A stretch of 64,000 bases of DNA from Haliotis rufescens. Taxonomy: Eukaryota. Below are positions 50,153-63,900 of the stretch, in pieces. The stretch is from assembly GCF_023055435.1 (NCBI RefSeq), contig NW_025963835.1:33480001-33544000 (forward strand). Direction: 5' to 3'. Made by a program: the position numbers and the translations under genes. Under the pieces are notes generated by a model. That model searched no databases, was not told the origin of the DNA, and saw only the letters and a list, made by a program, of their open reading frames with translations. Numbering within the stretch: position 1 is the first letter of the stretch; every line of letters begins with the position of its first letter.

Positions 50153-53100
50153 TTGATTCTCTCCTTCTATGGTCACCGTAGAGACGAGAATTCCTGAAGT
50201 TTGCAGCTGATTGAGATATGGCCATTCTCTTTCTCAGGTCTTTCAATGGCATAGCCTTTATGCCAGTCTCACTAAAACATATACAGAAGAGTGTCATTTG
50301 GGGTCAATGACGGATAAATATGCAAATTAAATAGGTCAGGTAGCTACTACTCACAAACATACATGGCGTCGCCCTTGTCTATCGGCGCCCAGGTCAGAGC
50401 TGACCATGTGTTTGTTATCATTATCAAATATAAATAGTCTGAGACGCCAAAAGTCAGTGTCTGAGAAACAAGTGTCAGTTGGAACTGTATCGCCTGTTGT
50501 CACGGTCTGACAAATTGACATAAACTAATGCACACACACCAGGAGTGAGTGAAGTATTACACCGCTTTTAGCAATATTCCAGCAAATATCACGGCGGGGG
50601 ACACCAGAAATTGGCTTCATACATTGCACCCTTGTTGGAAATCAAACCCGGGTTTTCGGCATGACGAGCGAACGCTTTAACCACTAGGCCACGAGACCGC
50701 CCCACACACCAGGAAAACTGTCTGTGAGAGATGAGATTGAGAATACTTTTTGATGACAAAATTTAAGAATGACATTATAAGAGGTTATCAAACCTGTGCT
50801 TTTGGGGAAGTTAAATATCCTGTATTGGGATCTAGGAATGAACATCGTAATTAGCGAGGCTAAAATAGCTATTAAAATTAGAACGAGTGAGGGAGCTGCT
50901 TTTAGAAATGGGCTTCACACATTGTACCCATGTGGGAAATCGAACCTGGGCCTTGGGCGTGACCAGTGAACACTTTAACCACGAGGCTACAACACCATCC
51001 CCATTAAAATTACAGGCAACAGAATCTATTCTCAGTTACAGAACAGCACAGACAGGTTAACTCCAACAAATCAGACAAAGAATGATTAAATACGTCACCA
51101 GCAAATGTCCAAATTAGTCAACCCTTTATTATTACCATGACAACATGTGTATAAATCTTAATGTTCAGGTATGTGTGTCAGTCCTCTAACTATTTAACCT
51201 GTTTATAATGTGATATATCCAAACATGACTTCTGGTAAAATATTCAAAATATTTTCTGAATAATCAGATCTTACCTGTCAACGAAACCTGTCTTAAGAGG
51301 TAGATAGTCTTCAGTTTCTTCAAACACAGTTGACTGTTTCTTTATACCTTGATCTGCCCATGAAATAAGAAGAGGTGGTGAGGTGAAATGTGGTCGCCAT
51401 ATTCAAGATTATTGCACTCCAATAACAATGAGTGAGTGAGTTATTATTTAAAGTCACAGCGGCAATATTTCAGCCATATCGTGACTTGAACAAGGTATAG
51501 CTTATACAAAAAAAACTGTCGTCTAAGGACAGTACAACAACTAGCAAGATATCACAGATTATAACTTTAAAACTAGTTTTACAACAATAAAATGATTGGA
51601 TTATGACAGACGACACATCATAAAAACAGGCTATTGATCACCAACAACTAAAGGTAGGCCACCATACCAGGGACCAAGGGGGCTTACAGTACTTTTGCTA
51701 CCTGCATGGACCCCGGCTGGGTTTACACCAACCCTTCAGTTATTGGTGATTGTGGAGAATTTAGCCAAAATTAAAACAAACAATCATTCTACGATTAAAA
51801 ACCTGGCATATATGAATTACTTTGAATGAAGCTTACGCACCCTCTCAGGGGGACAATAATTTTCCAATAACAATGCAGACATGAGTGTGCATGACTGTAC
51901 TCGCCCGGATGCCCAGTGAGATGCCATGATGCAAGTTAAACAGATACCCCCCTCCAACACATCTAACAGTGTTCCTGTTTACTGGTAATTACCAGTTTTT
52001 TTACTGGTAAAATTAGGCTTGGACCGGTAATTCATGTGACTGGCAGTTCCTGTGTACCGGCCAATAAAGTACCTTACAAATCTTTGTTGAACTAAACATA
52101 GGCAATATTCATGTAAGTATATTTTGGAATGAAGTCACCTAGTCTAGGGTTTCCCCTTGTCATTCCTTGTGCAAGGAAATAACATTAAGGTATATATTTG
52201 TAGCGACTTAGTCTCAAAATATTAAAAAAAGAAGAAGAGAGAATTAGGACTGAACTTTGTGTGAATGACGTGTAGATCTAACTAAGCTACTTCAGAGATG
52301 GCGTCATTGCATTGAACATGATGTTGAAGGAATTAAAACCAGGTAATTTGCATACGTTTATTTAATTGTTGCATATGTTTTGTAATTTATTGAAAGTTGT
52401 GACTGACAAATAGAGGAGGAGACTGGTAATTTTTAGAGTTGCCAGACCATTGGACGCCAACGGGAACACTGAGTTCTATCATCCCATACTGGCTTCCACA
52501 GCAGATGTCATTTAGAGGAGATCAAGGGATATCGCTACAATGAAATTTCATCACAATGCGTAGCAGATCTTACCATCAGTAATATCTCTGCCATTGAAGC
52601 TGTTACGCTATACTGTTTTACACTGGTTATTACTGTTTACAAACTGAAAATGTTAGTCACAAGACTTTGGACTAAAAACAGAATCTCACCCAATAACATC
52701 CTTCACAAGCTGTTGAGCTTTAAAGTTTTAAAGACAAGTGTTGACATATCGGATATCAAAACACACTCAGGTGAGAATCTCTATATTATTACAAAATATA
52801 TTACAAGAAATGAGTGAATGAGTATTGTTTTATACCACCTTTAACATTATTCCACAATTATTATGGTGGGGGACACCAAAAACAATATGACAAAGATACG
52901 TATCTATTAATACATCAATATATCACAATACTTTATATGAATTAAAAGTAACAGGGCTGTAAATATGACATGTACACTGTATATGCGTTATGCTCAATTA
53001 CTTTTAAGAAAGAACGTAATCATGGACACAAATACAACAAAATTTGTCAGAATTTACAATGGAATGGTTACCCTGTTTTTTGTCTTCATGTTTTTTTTTT

Positions 53101-54192
53101 TCCTTCTTTTTCTGTTTTCCTTTATCTGTTTCCTTCTTTTCCTCATTTCTAGTTATTATACTGCCCTTCGTCGGCAGAATTGTATGCAGTTTAAAATATA
53201 TTGTTCATGTCAACTTTTGTTTCGTCACGATATGGGTGAAATATTGCCGATGTGACGTTAAACTTTAACTCACTCACTCACTCACTCTTTTCCTCACTGA
53301 GTTTTTCTGGAAGACTGTTCAGGATTTCATCAGGCAATCAAGACACAGCTTCCAACTTTATCCGCTTCAAGAACATAAAGTTAAGTAGTATAATTGACAA
53401 AGTTCTAAATAGCACATAATGTCAGAGAAATTTTGGTTCAGGAACAAATTTTGAAAAAAACTTAACAGGTGGATTACGTGAAATGGGGTGTTTACTGTGT
53501 GTTCAAGGTTATTGCCCCATATAGCAGTGTGCATGCATATATGTGTGTGGCTGGTTGATCTGGCCAATTTCATAGTGCCAGCCCACTGAGATACCATGGG
53601 TCAGTTTTACATAGATACCCCACGAAGACAGTTTTCAGACTTTGAGTCGACCAGCGCCAAGCAGGGTAACAAGATGAACCATCTATTAACGTCTTTTGGT
53701 TTGATGCAACCGGGGATCAAACCACTGACGCTCTATCCAACACCAATATGGAAAAACGTGTAGCAGCCACAAAATGTCTGAGTCCCTTGATGGGATGCGA
53801 ACGATGGACCTTCTGATCTGATGTCGGACATGACCAAATCTTGATCTTGTGTACATGACAAGAAGTTAAGATACAAAGATGTTAATCCCGTCAGCAAGTT
53901 GACAAGGTGAGGATGTCATCTGTGGACATCTTGCCCTCAATAAACGGACAAGCCTTATACAGCACACTAACTACCTTTTGTTCCTTAAACTTTTCATCTC
54001 TCTGTTTTCTCTTTGCTTTCAACTGGAGTTTTTCTTCTTTTATCTGTGCCATTGCCTGCCTCATCTGGGAAAGGGTCTCTGAGAAGCCCACATCCTCAGG
54101 AGCAGCATCACTGTCATCCTCGTCACTGACAACATCATCAGGGGCTAATTCCAAGTCCTCATCATCATTTGATGAACCTTCTCCAGCGGACA
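50153..54192 (-). pseudogene. NOL7: NOL7 (nucleolar protein 7 / NUC129 domain)-like gene fragment with in-frame TGA; probable pseudogene or null allele
   Basis: Exons 53975..54192 (DEDDSDAAPEDVGF...KAKRKQRDEKFKEQK), about 53286..53367 (KRIKLEAVS*LPDEILNSLPEKL), 51275..51353 and 50153..50271 (SAANFRNSRLYGDHRRRES); phases compatible. Resembles recalled NOL7 motifs DDEAPEELTF, KEKRKRREELFIEQK, LPDTILEKL and AQAFIHNSLYG. TGA at 53338-53340. First and last exons not identified. Confidence 0.72.
51967..52471. mobile_element. Probable hAT-like MITE; its right half recurs at about 49203-49415
   Basis: CAGTGTTCCTGTT / AACGGGAACACTG termini; about 200 bp shared with 49203-49415. Confidence 0.55.
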
Positions 54193-54223
54193 CTGTAACA
54201 AATACTTTGTTTGTTGTTTAAAG

Positions 54224-54578
54224 GTGAGGTCAGGTGAGGTGAAATGGGGTTTAACGTCGCGTCCAAGATTATTTCACTTATATAGCGACGTGCATGTATG
54301 TGTGTGCGTTGTGTGGCTGCTTGTACTAGTCCGGACTGATGCCGATTTATAGTGCTAGCTCACTGAGATACCATGCCGCAGTTTAACATGAATACCCCAC
54401 TCAGACACAGTATACTGACTCCGACCAGTCCTTGTTTTAGCCCCTTAATGCCGAGCGCCAGACAGGGTAACAACAAGTACCATCTTTTAACGTCTTTTGG
54501 TATGACGCGGCCGGGGATCGAATCCCGGACCTTCCGCTCTCCGGGCGGACGCTCTACCATTAGACCACGGAGGCGGTC
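54224..54578 (-). mobile_element. SINE family B copy nested in the tail of a family C element
   Basis: 12-bp TSD TGTTGTTTAAAG at 54212-54223 and 54579-54590. Confidence 0.9.
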
Positions 54579-54986
54579 TGTTGTTTAAAGCCACACTTAG
54601 CCGAAGTCCAGCTACTTGTTGGCTGCATGTAAATAATCTAGTCTGGACCAGACATTCCAGTAAACAATATTATGAGCAACAATCCACAAGGTCGGTGTAC
54701 AATGACAATCAAGTTCATTTAAAGAGGAAAGATAAGGATCGTAAGGATCGTAAATAGTTGTTTAATTGGCAAGGGATCCTCAACCCTAAGGATCATGAGG
54801 GGGTCAGAGCTCCAGATAAGCTTTTGGTGTTGTGGGCATTTTACCCATGCATTTTAAAATCATTGGGTATCAGTAATTCTATCTGGGTTTTCAAATTTCT
54901 GTTACCCACTAGTTTTTACACATGTGGGTATTTAAGTTAAATATTTAAAAACACTATTCATCTAGTCCCTGCAAACTGGTGTCGTG

Positions 54987-56336
54987 TAGTGGTGTAACGA
55001 TACGGCGATACAGTATTGTATCCCGATGCACAGCCCACGATACGATGCATCGATTTGGAAAGCATGTATCGCGATACATACGATATTTTCATGACACAGT
55101 TTTACTTAATGAGTTTTGATGTTTTTCCCCCATGGAAAGACATTACCGTGCACGATACACCAGAAATACCATGTCAACAAATCCATACTGAAGTTCGCAA
55201 ATTATTCATGTAATTACACTGTCTGGCTATAAAAAGTGTTCTTTGTATATCTGGACTTATGTTTGTAACTTATTTCATTAATATTATTCAAAATTCCTTT
55301 AATATTGTTTTTATTTATTTCGGCGAAATCGTGTGTGAAGCGATCGGAAGATCGCACAACTCACCGTTATTAACAGCAACCACGGTCAGATTACCGCTAT
55401 TGACGCCTTGAAACGAACTTTAGTTGACAGAGAATGGATACATATATCATAAATGCCATACTTTGATTCGTTAAAAGTCATATTTGTTTTTGTTGGACGA
55501 TTCTATGTCAACACGTAATTCTCGCGATAACGTGCACGGGAGCCTTGACGGTGACTGGTCAGACTGGTTCCAAGTAAAAAATAATACCCGGCAATAGCGA
55601 TCAGCTGCTTCGCTTAGGGTTATTATTATTTTAAATATGTTTAGTAAAAGCTGCATCTAAATTAACAAGATGTTGGAATATATTATTCCTGATAAAAAAA
55701 ATAGTTTCAGATACAACTTTTGCCGATCCTTGCATTAAAATCCTGTAGAGTTATATCATTGGGTGTGTCTTGACCGAATCACCGGTAGATTCCAAGAAAA
55801 CGTGTGTACAGCTGATTGCTGTGTCCGGCTTAGTTTACGAGAAAATACACAAGGTAATCTTAATCCCTGGATATAAAACAATGCCTAGCTGAACAAAAAA
55901 TACAATTTAAACGGTAAATCAACATGTCTGGTGATTTTTAATCTCAAATTTCGAATTTGTACTGACGAAGTTTCTCATCACCCGTTCGTTTGCCGGACTT
56001 CGCTGAAGGGGTACGGTGTGATTTTTTTCTGCGCATAATATTCAAATTTCTTTTTTTTCCCAAAATATTGAACCCGCTAGAGGGGGTGCGCATTATACAT
56101 AGGTGCGCACTATACTCAAGAAAATACGGTACTTTTAAACATGAAATACGTTTAACAATTTCAAAGCCAGTTTGTTGTTTCAGTAAAACATACTGTATTG
56201 CTGACAAATTGCTGACAGCTGTACTTGTCACATCTTTTAGAGAGCAGAAAGACATCAACTTGGCTTAGCTTGTACCAGTAAACACTGTATCGTGATACGT
56301 ATCGTATCGCGACCCTCCCGTATCGTTACACCTCTA
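54987..56336. mobile_element. hAT-type MITE
   Basis: TIR TAGTGGTGTAACGATACGG / CCGTATCGTTACACCTCTA; perfect 8-bp TSD GTGTCGTG; subterminal CGATAC repeats. Confidence 0.88.
55106..56129. mobile_element. Second copy of the pogo-like MITE, left TIR missing, with an extra internal segment of about 240 bp
   Basis: Colinear with 12036-12825; right TIR ...TATACTCAAGAAAATACGG|TA. Confidence 0.85.
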
Positions 56337-57934
56337 GTGTCGTGTGGGTTCGAGAGCTTTATAGGACTCAAAAATACCATGATACTTCCACACGAAAGTG
56401 TGATGGCAAATGATCATTATGTAACTGCCATGTGAAGTTTGGCAAGGTTGACGGAATGCCCGTTTATAATTTCAAAATAAGTTGCTGATTTGCTAATCGA
56501 ATACGCAGGGTTACTTCACAATATTTTGATAATACGCACAAGTTTTATTTTTGTAGCGTATCTGTAATGTTTGTTGCGTATTTGATACCCATGGATTTCA
56601 TTTTACTGCATATTTCTGCATTTCTGATGCGTATTTTACGCAGATACGCAACTTATCTGGAGCTCTGGGGGGTCCTTAATTGGAAAGGGGATCCTACACT
56701 GAGGCTGGAGGCAATTAGCACTAAAACATGCATTTACACTTGTCGGTGTTTGAATCAATTGGGTAATATAATGTTGACTAAGACTTGCATTTGTAAAAGT
56801 TATTTCTCCTCGGGGTCAGGGGAAGTTTTTTACGACATAAGTAAGGATCTTGTTAATTATTAAACTCATATTACAACACTAAACGGAACAAAGTAAACGG
56901 AAGGGTCATAGAGAATCTCACCCGAGTGTCTTTTGATATCAAATATATCAACACGAGTTGATAAAAGTGGAAAAATTCCAAGACTTGCCGAGGTTTTTTG
57001 CCACTTTTAACAACGAGTGTTGATATATATGATATCAAAAGACATGAGGGTGAGATTTTATTTATCATCCAAAATCATTCTTCCAACTTTTTCAGTTTGT
57101 AGACAGTAATTAGCAGTGTCTTCAGTGTAAAAAGTACTGCTAACAGCTTCAGTAGCAGAGCCATTAGTGATGTCATTTGATTGTGACGTCATGGTAACCG
57201 TGCTTCCGGTTACCGTGACGGTTTTTGGTAACGAAATGTCGTAAATAGGGTTTAGAAACAAAATAAAATGCAAGATACAATCATATATCATTTAATGTTT
57301 CAATAATCACATCCTTGATGATATTGTTCTATGTTTACATTTGCACGTTACGATAATAAAAGAGGGGCGGTAACTCCTCACCACATACTCCTTTAACGGG
57401 AAAAGTTTTCTTGTTTTGCTCCTTTTGATAGCTGACTATCGAAACAAAATTTTGCTTTAAAAAAGGTGATTTCTACCGATATGGTATGTTTCAATGAATT
57501 TTAATCTTGAAATGGGAAAAATCAAGTAAATGAAAAAAGTATGTATGAGAAATATTTAGGAGAAGTATTCTGTAATAAACAACCTCGAATGATTGATTAA
57601 AGTACTCATGGAAATGAAAAAAACCACAAAGCATTACGTAGATGGAAATACGAAATAACAAAACAACTGGAAAGGTACTAGTCTGGACTTGCTAGTTTTA
57701 TTTATCTCATTACTTAATACAAAATGTACTTTACAGGAGGTAATTTGTGGGCACTTTCAACATTCAAAAATGAAACTAAGTCCAAATTGACATGGCAGAA
57801 ACAGGCTATCGGCATTATGCAAATTAGCCTGGAAAAAAAGTTATCAAAACAACAATAAAAATAACAGCTTTGTTTATGTACATAATAATAATGACATGTA
57901 AGTTGTTGTTGAGAAGGAAATGTGTTACTCTTAC

Positions 57935-58222
57935 GTTACACACGGGTGTCATTCGAGTTACAACCAAGCGATGCTCTGGTAAAGCTCCGGTAATGCACCA
58001 GTTACACCCGGGTGTCATTCGAGTTACAATCAAGCGATGCTCTGGTAAAGCTCCGGTAATGCACCAGTTACATAGGGATGTCATTCGAGTTACAACCAAG
58101 CGATGCTCTGGTAAAGCTCCGGTAATGCACCAGTTACATAGGGATGTCATTCGAGTTACAACCAAGCGATGCTCTGGTAAAGCTCCGGTAATGCACCAGT
58201 TACACATGGTTGTCATTCGAGT
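57935..58222. repeat. 66-bp tandem repeat, about 4.3 copies
   Basis: Visible array; gives 22-aa periodic ORFs on both strands. Confidence 0.93.
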
Positions 58223-59282
58223 CATACCTTTATGACATTAATAGGAGAATTAATATATTTTTTGCAGGATGTTTGTAAACTCGGAAAAATAACCACAACT
58301 ATATGGTGCATCGTATATCACAAATTATGTACGCACGTCCTACATATAATACAATATGTCTTGTATCTTGTATATACCGACGCATTTCGAAAACGCAAGT
58401 TGTTATATTTGGCGTAATGTCCCAAAAGTCAAAAGTTGTTCTGTGCATGAGATAATCAAACAACAATGTCTCCACAACATAATCTGGGGTGGTACAATGT
58501 CACGCAGTCAACCAAGTCACCGTGCCTGGCCAATTGCAAGCTGGAGCTCACGTTTAACTCGGAATCACCACGGGTTTGAATATTACATTGTGGAAATTAT
58601 TGTTAAACCAAAACCCACCTTCTTATTGTCATTTTATTAAACATCTTATTTTACAATCTAAATTTGCAAGCACAACATAAGAATAAATGAGTTGAATTGG
58701 TTGATAAATGTGCTCTTTGACTGGTAGAATAGGAGTTATCGTTCTTGGTTGAAGCAGCATGGCGTGGCACCTGTCTCAATTAGGCTTGTGCCAGAATGGC
58801 GCGAGTTGGTCACGATGAATTCAGACGGCATTCAGCATGGAGTGTGTCCGCCATTAGCGTTAACTGTCACACATCATGTAACACGTGTTTCTGTTGACGT
58901 ACATCACTTAAAAGCCTGTTGTCTGTGATTCTTGTTCTGTATATAATGTTTTGTTGATCCCAATTTAGAGGGAAGGAATATGGCATAGAGACTGACTGTT
59001 ATAAATGAAAACCACTCTCCATTATATTCAGGGACCCCATTTAGGAGGTTAACGCAGTGTTGAAGAGTATTCCAGTCATTTCACGGCGTGTCAGCCTGAT
59101 GTGTCGTACACGTTTAGCACTGGTAAAAACAGTCAGAGCGTGGTGCTTACAAATTGGGATCTGGGATTCGAACCCACGCTTAGGGATCCAGGCAGGAGAC
59201 GTGGCAGCAAATAGTAACCAGGTGACAACTTGACAACATGATATAGTTTAAAACTTTATTAAAAACAAATTTACAAATGTCG

Positions 59283-59450
59283 TGAGTGAGTTTGGTTTTA
59301 CGCCGCTTTTAGCAATATTCCAGCAATATCACGGCGGGGGACACCAGAAATGGGCTTCACACATTGTACCCATGTCGGGAATCGAACCCGGGTCTTCGGC
59401 GTGACGAGCGAACGCTTTAACCACTAGGCTGTCCGACTGTCCGACTGCCC
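59283..59450 (-). mobile_element. SINE family A copy
   Basis: Near-consensus copy flanked by TSD TACAAATGTC. Confidence 0.88.
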
Positions 59451-60964
59451 TACAAATGTCATGAGGGAAAGCACCAAATAATCACACATTTGAACAGCCA
59501 CGTGTTCTTGCAAGATGTTTTATCATGGTTTTGTAGCTTTTGACTGGTTTTAGCTGTATATTAAGAATATCAGAAAATCAGACACCTTGACACGTAAACA
59601 ATCGAACCTAACCCTTCAAACACTTCAACGAGGATGATGTCACCTTAAGGAAAAACGTTTATACTTACTGAATGTATAGATGTGAAATGTTTATCGTCAT
59701 TAATATCACTGGAATTTGCAATGACAAGGTCAAATGTGACCCAGATCAACTTTTCGATTGACTTGTTTGTACAGTTTAATTATGGTTTGATATCCCTGTT
59801 TGTACTCATACTCTGAAGACTATGCTTGTTTAGAAGGTATCAAATGAATACATCCAGAGCAGCATGGCTCAACCACATCTGTATATATCCATTCTCACGA
59901 AAGGCCGAAAGAAAGTTTACAAATTAAGATGACAAATGCAGACAAGAATTTGAAGCATGGCGGCAACCTGTGTGTATCCTCAACTATAAACACTAAACTT
60001 ATGAATTTTGAAACGTTTGATCTGTACTTATTTGTATTCAGATGTATATATCCAGGGCAGCATGGCTCAACTACACCTGTATATATCCATCCATCCGATA
60101 GAGACCAAAATAAATTTCATATGACGGTTTTGGAGTAAGTGGTAATAGAACAGGGAAGTAAGAATTGTAAAGGTGACCTTGAAAGACAATTATAACTGAT
60201 CTAGGAGTAGGGATTTGAATTGAAGATACTTTGTTAACTGTATCAACTGATATCTGATGTTAGCATCCTTATATACTATGATTATACAGATTGTCGTGTT
60301 GATGTCTTCAGTGTGACAAGCACAGATGTGGGAGCAGCACGGCTATGGGGACACTCCAGTCCTTGAGAGTTGTTATACATCGTGGAGGAAAGAAGCTGGG
60401 TCCACACTAGTCCATTGGTATTCGGGGGAAATGCCTGTTGGAGAGATAGATATTTATAAAATGCCTTAGTTACGTCGCAGTTCGACACCGATTTTCAGTA
60501 TATAAGTCTGTTCTTTAAATAATTGTAGCAATTATCCCTCTTGTTTATCCAGATTCACGATGGTTAATTCTGACTCGATCGCCGAATGACAAGTGCGACG
60601 CCATGTTTGTAAAACGTGAATATGAAAGCATGAGAATTAAAAATAAATGATCCGGGTATGTTGTACATATATGGAAAGGCCAAATAAACACGCTGCCGAA
60701 CATTTAAGTAGTAATCAGCTAAACATAAAGGTTTGTATAAACTAGTGTCTAATTAGGGTTGCAACTTCACAAGACAATATCACTGTCTGAGTAACGAAAC
60801 GTATATATAATGTATAAAATCGCATACGTAGACGAAAGTGTAATGGTAATATGTTTGGAGAGTGGTATTAACATACTTCCATACTGTGGTGCGCGACGGT
60901 GACTACTACAACTGGTATACAATCAATACTACAGTCATAAACTGCAGCGACCGAGCATCCATAC

Positions 60965-63900
60965 ACTCACCATAGGTTAGAGCGGTGACGGTTGCAGTAG
61001 ATCGGTGTGGTAGACGGGTGTGGTAGACGGGTGTGGTAGACGGGTGTGGTAGACGGGTGTGGTTGGTGGGGCGGTGTACAGCTGCGGCAAGGGTGCCTGT
61101 AAACGTTGAGATTGTGAACAGATGTCATTTTTCATATACCTGAACACAAACTTAGAACTGAATTGACCAAAGGAGTGTTCTGTAAAGGGAAAGATAGCAG
61201 AAAGTCTGTCTATAAGTGAGTTTGGAACTTACCTTATCGCATAGTTCTGTTCAACATCCATAGACGTCAGTGGTAGATACTGCCAACATACTACCTTACA
61301 CCGCACATGGTTGGGAATATTCTCCTTTAACTCAGTGTATCATGAATGTCAACCGAAATATTTTGTTGAGGTGACGTTTTAACCAAATGCAATTTGATAC
61401 GTTCTCGGAAGAAAACTTTCACAACAATTCCCTGACTAAAGACGTTGACCAAATACAATTACCCTAGAAAATGTTTGTGAATACGACCGAGTCATCGTTC
61501 AACAAGAAGGTGTTAGCGGGTGTTTCAGGTAGAAATGTGAGCCATGAAACATGAAACACCCCTCAACACCTCGGAGCTTCCGAGTCATCAGGAGGTACAC
61601 ATGGACAACTTCCGGGACTTGTAAGAGGACGAACGTGTCAAAAGCAGGATGTTGTACCAAGTTTTAAACATACAAAACAGATCCTGATAATTCCAACATG
61701 TTAAGTTGGCATCTTTCGATCTTCCTGGTTATGTGAATATTGATGAAATGAAATGATTCAGTAATAAGATACATGGATAAAGAGTGTATCAGAGGGTGTC
61801 AATTCCTGCACATGAAGCGGTGTAATTGGCGGATGTTGGAGAGGGTAGCCGCACCACACCTGAAGCAAAAACAATATTTTGTTAATTTCAGAATCAATCA
61901 ATTTTTTAAACAAACATGACGATCAATTCACATACGTGTGGCATTTTTTGAAGACTGACAAATAATGTAGGAATTGCATGCACTAATATGACAACTGTAT
62001 CTAGATACATGAAGAATTAATTCCTACAGTATACATGATTCCTTTACAGCTTCAGTTTTACTTACTGATGGCGTGAAGAAGTCGGTGACAGTTGGATTGT
62101 TGACGGTGAGGCGGCTGGAGGATGAGGCTGAGGTTGGTGGAAACTGAGGATGGACGGCAACTGAGCCTGGCAACTGTTAAGGTGAGTGAGGCTGCGTTCT
62201 GGTCAGTCGGAACCACACCTGAAGTGATGAGAAGATTTTCGTAAACATATATGAAAGAGGCAATTAACAAGCATCAGGATAAGAACATCTATTATTTGCC
62301 ATCAAGAATCTACTTTAGAAACTAACTTTGTTTATAGTGAGACCATGGACAGCTGGGTATGTTGGCTGGTCCGGATTAGTTTGGTAAGAGTCTGACAAGT
62401 ATGTCAGGGGATGTACCTGAGGCAGGTGGAGGTGGAGGCAGGTGGCGACTGAGGCTGGTGGCGAGTAGCAACTGAGGCTGGTGACAACTGAGGCTGGTGG
62501 CAACGGAGGCTGGTGGCAACGGAGGCTGGTGGCAGGTGGCGACTGAGGCAGGAGGCGACTGAGGCTGGTGGCGACTGAGGCTGGTGGCGACTGAGGCAGG
62601 TGGCGACTGAGGCAGGTGGCGACTGAGGCTGGTGGCGACCGAGGCAGGTGGCGACTGAGACTGATGGCGACTGAGGCTTGACACAACCTTTAGAAAAAAA
62701 AATAATGTTTAAAAATTCTATTAATCTTATTCTGGTTGACTCGTTTGTTATTTCAGCATATGTCAGACAAACAAGCTATTCAAAGAATTCCCTGGCCACA
62801 CTCGATATACATTGACTTTGTGCTTGGTCTTTTCACACTAATTTCATATGCGTCAGACCTGTTCCTCTTTGACGAGGTGTATTGAATTGGAGTTTCTGGA
62901 ACATCTAAGGGTGGCAAGAGTAATCATTGCATGTGGAAAGGGTGAATGTTGTAATATTACTGACTGCGGCGTTCTACATCTAACATTTGACTGACAAGCG
63001 AACAGTGGTCGATGGCATTGTAGAATGATCAACGTAAGTACAATCACACATGTGACTGGCCCTAATTGTATTCAACATGTAGGTACTGGGTTATATATTC
63101 TGCCCTGGGTCACCTCGAGAGCATATAGAAGAACCCTGTTAAATGTTGGTATGTGGGTGAGGCCCAAACTCGCTAAATGCAATGTCTGTTCCCAATACAG
63201 GATATTTATTATCCAAAAATACACTCGCGTGATAATATCAATAAGTAAAAATAGAGGTTATCTGCCCACTGGTGTTAGGTGCAATCGAGTGGCGTCAGGG
63301 GACGTTTCCGTTCTTCATTGAGAATATAAAGTATCCAGTTAAATTGCATGGATCTAGCGTTCATGTCTTAGTACTCACCACAGACTAGAGCGGAGGTGTG
63401 GTAGACGGTTGTGAATAGAATTTAGAAAAGTCTGGGAGTTCTGAATGTCTTAAGTTGTTTGGAACGGCCTGTCTATAAAATAAGTGACACTTTTTAACCA
63501 TCAACGCACAGTTTGAAACTTACCTTGTCACTTAGTTCTGTTCAACAAACATCCATCTTCGTTGTAGACTGATATTGCCAACACCCTACCATAGCACCGC
63601 ACATGATAAGGAAGAGACGTCTTCAACTCAGTGTATCAAGAAAACAAACTGAAATATTTTGTTGAGGTGATGCAACCAGTAAGATCTGACATGCTCATTT
63701 GAATGCTGGTATTAAAATCTTTCACAACAATCCCCTGACTGACGTTGTCCAAATACAATTACCCTAGAAAATGTTTGTGAATACGACCGAGTCATTGTTC
63801 AACAAGAAGGTGTTAGCGGGTGTTTCAGGTAGAAACTGAGCCATGAAACATGAAACACCCCTCAACACCTCAGAGCTTCCGAGTCATCAGGAGGTACACA

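Larger units (their letters stand above)
54805..56667. mobile_element. Outer MITE with 16-bp TIR and apparent 6-bp TSD
   Basis: CAGAGCTCCAGATAAG / CTTATCTGGAGCTCTG perfect inverted repeat; GGGGGT on both flanks. Confidence 0.8.

Noticed and set aside
52574-52643. Extra NOL7-like exon (ttttcag|...|gtaaga on - strand)
   Set aside because: Good splice sites but stops in all three frames, and the flanking exons join in phase without it; may be a decayed exon but cannot be supported.
53338-53340. Selenocysteine or readthrough TGA
   Set aside because: No SECIS identified, NOL7 is not a known selenoprotein, and other signs of decay favour a nonsense mutation.
61560-61660. VQHPAFDTFVL resembling a P2X7 C-terminal-like domain
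   Set aside because: Too short, flanking motifs missing, and frameshifted in the duplicate copy.
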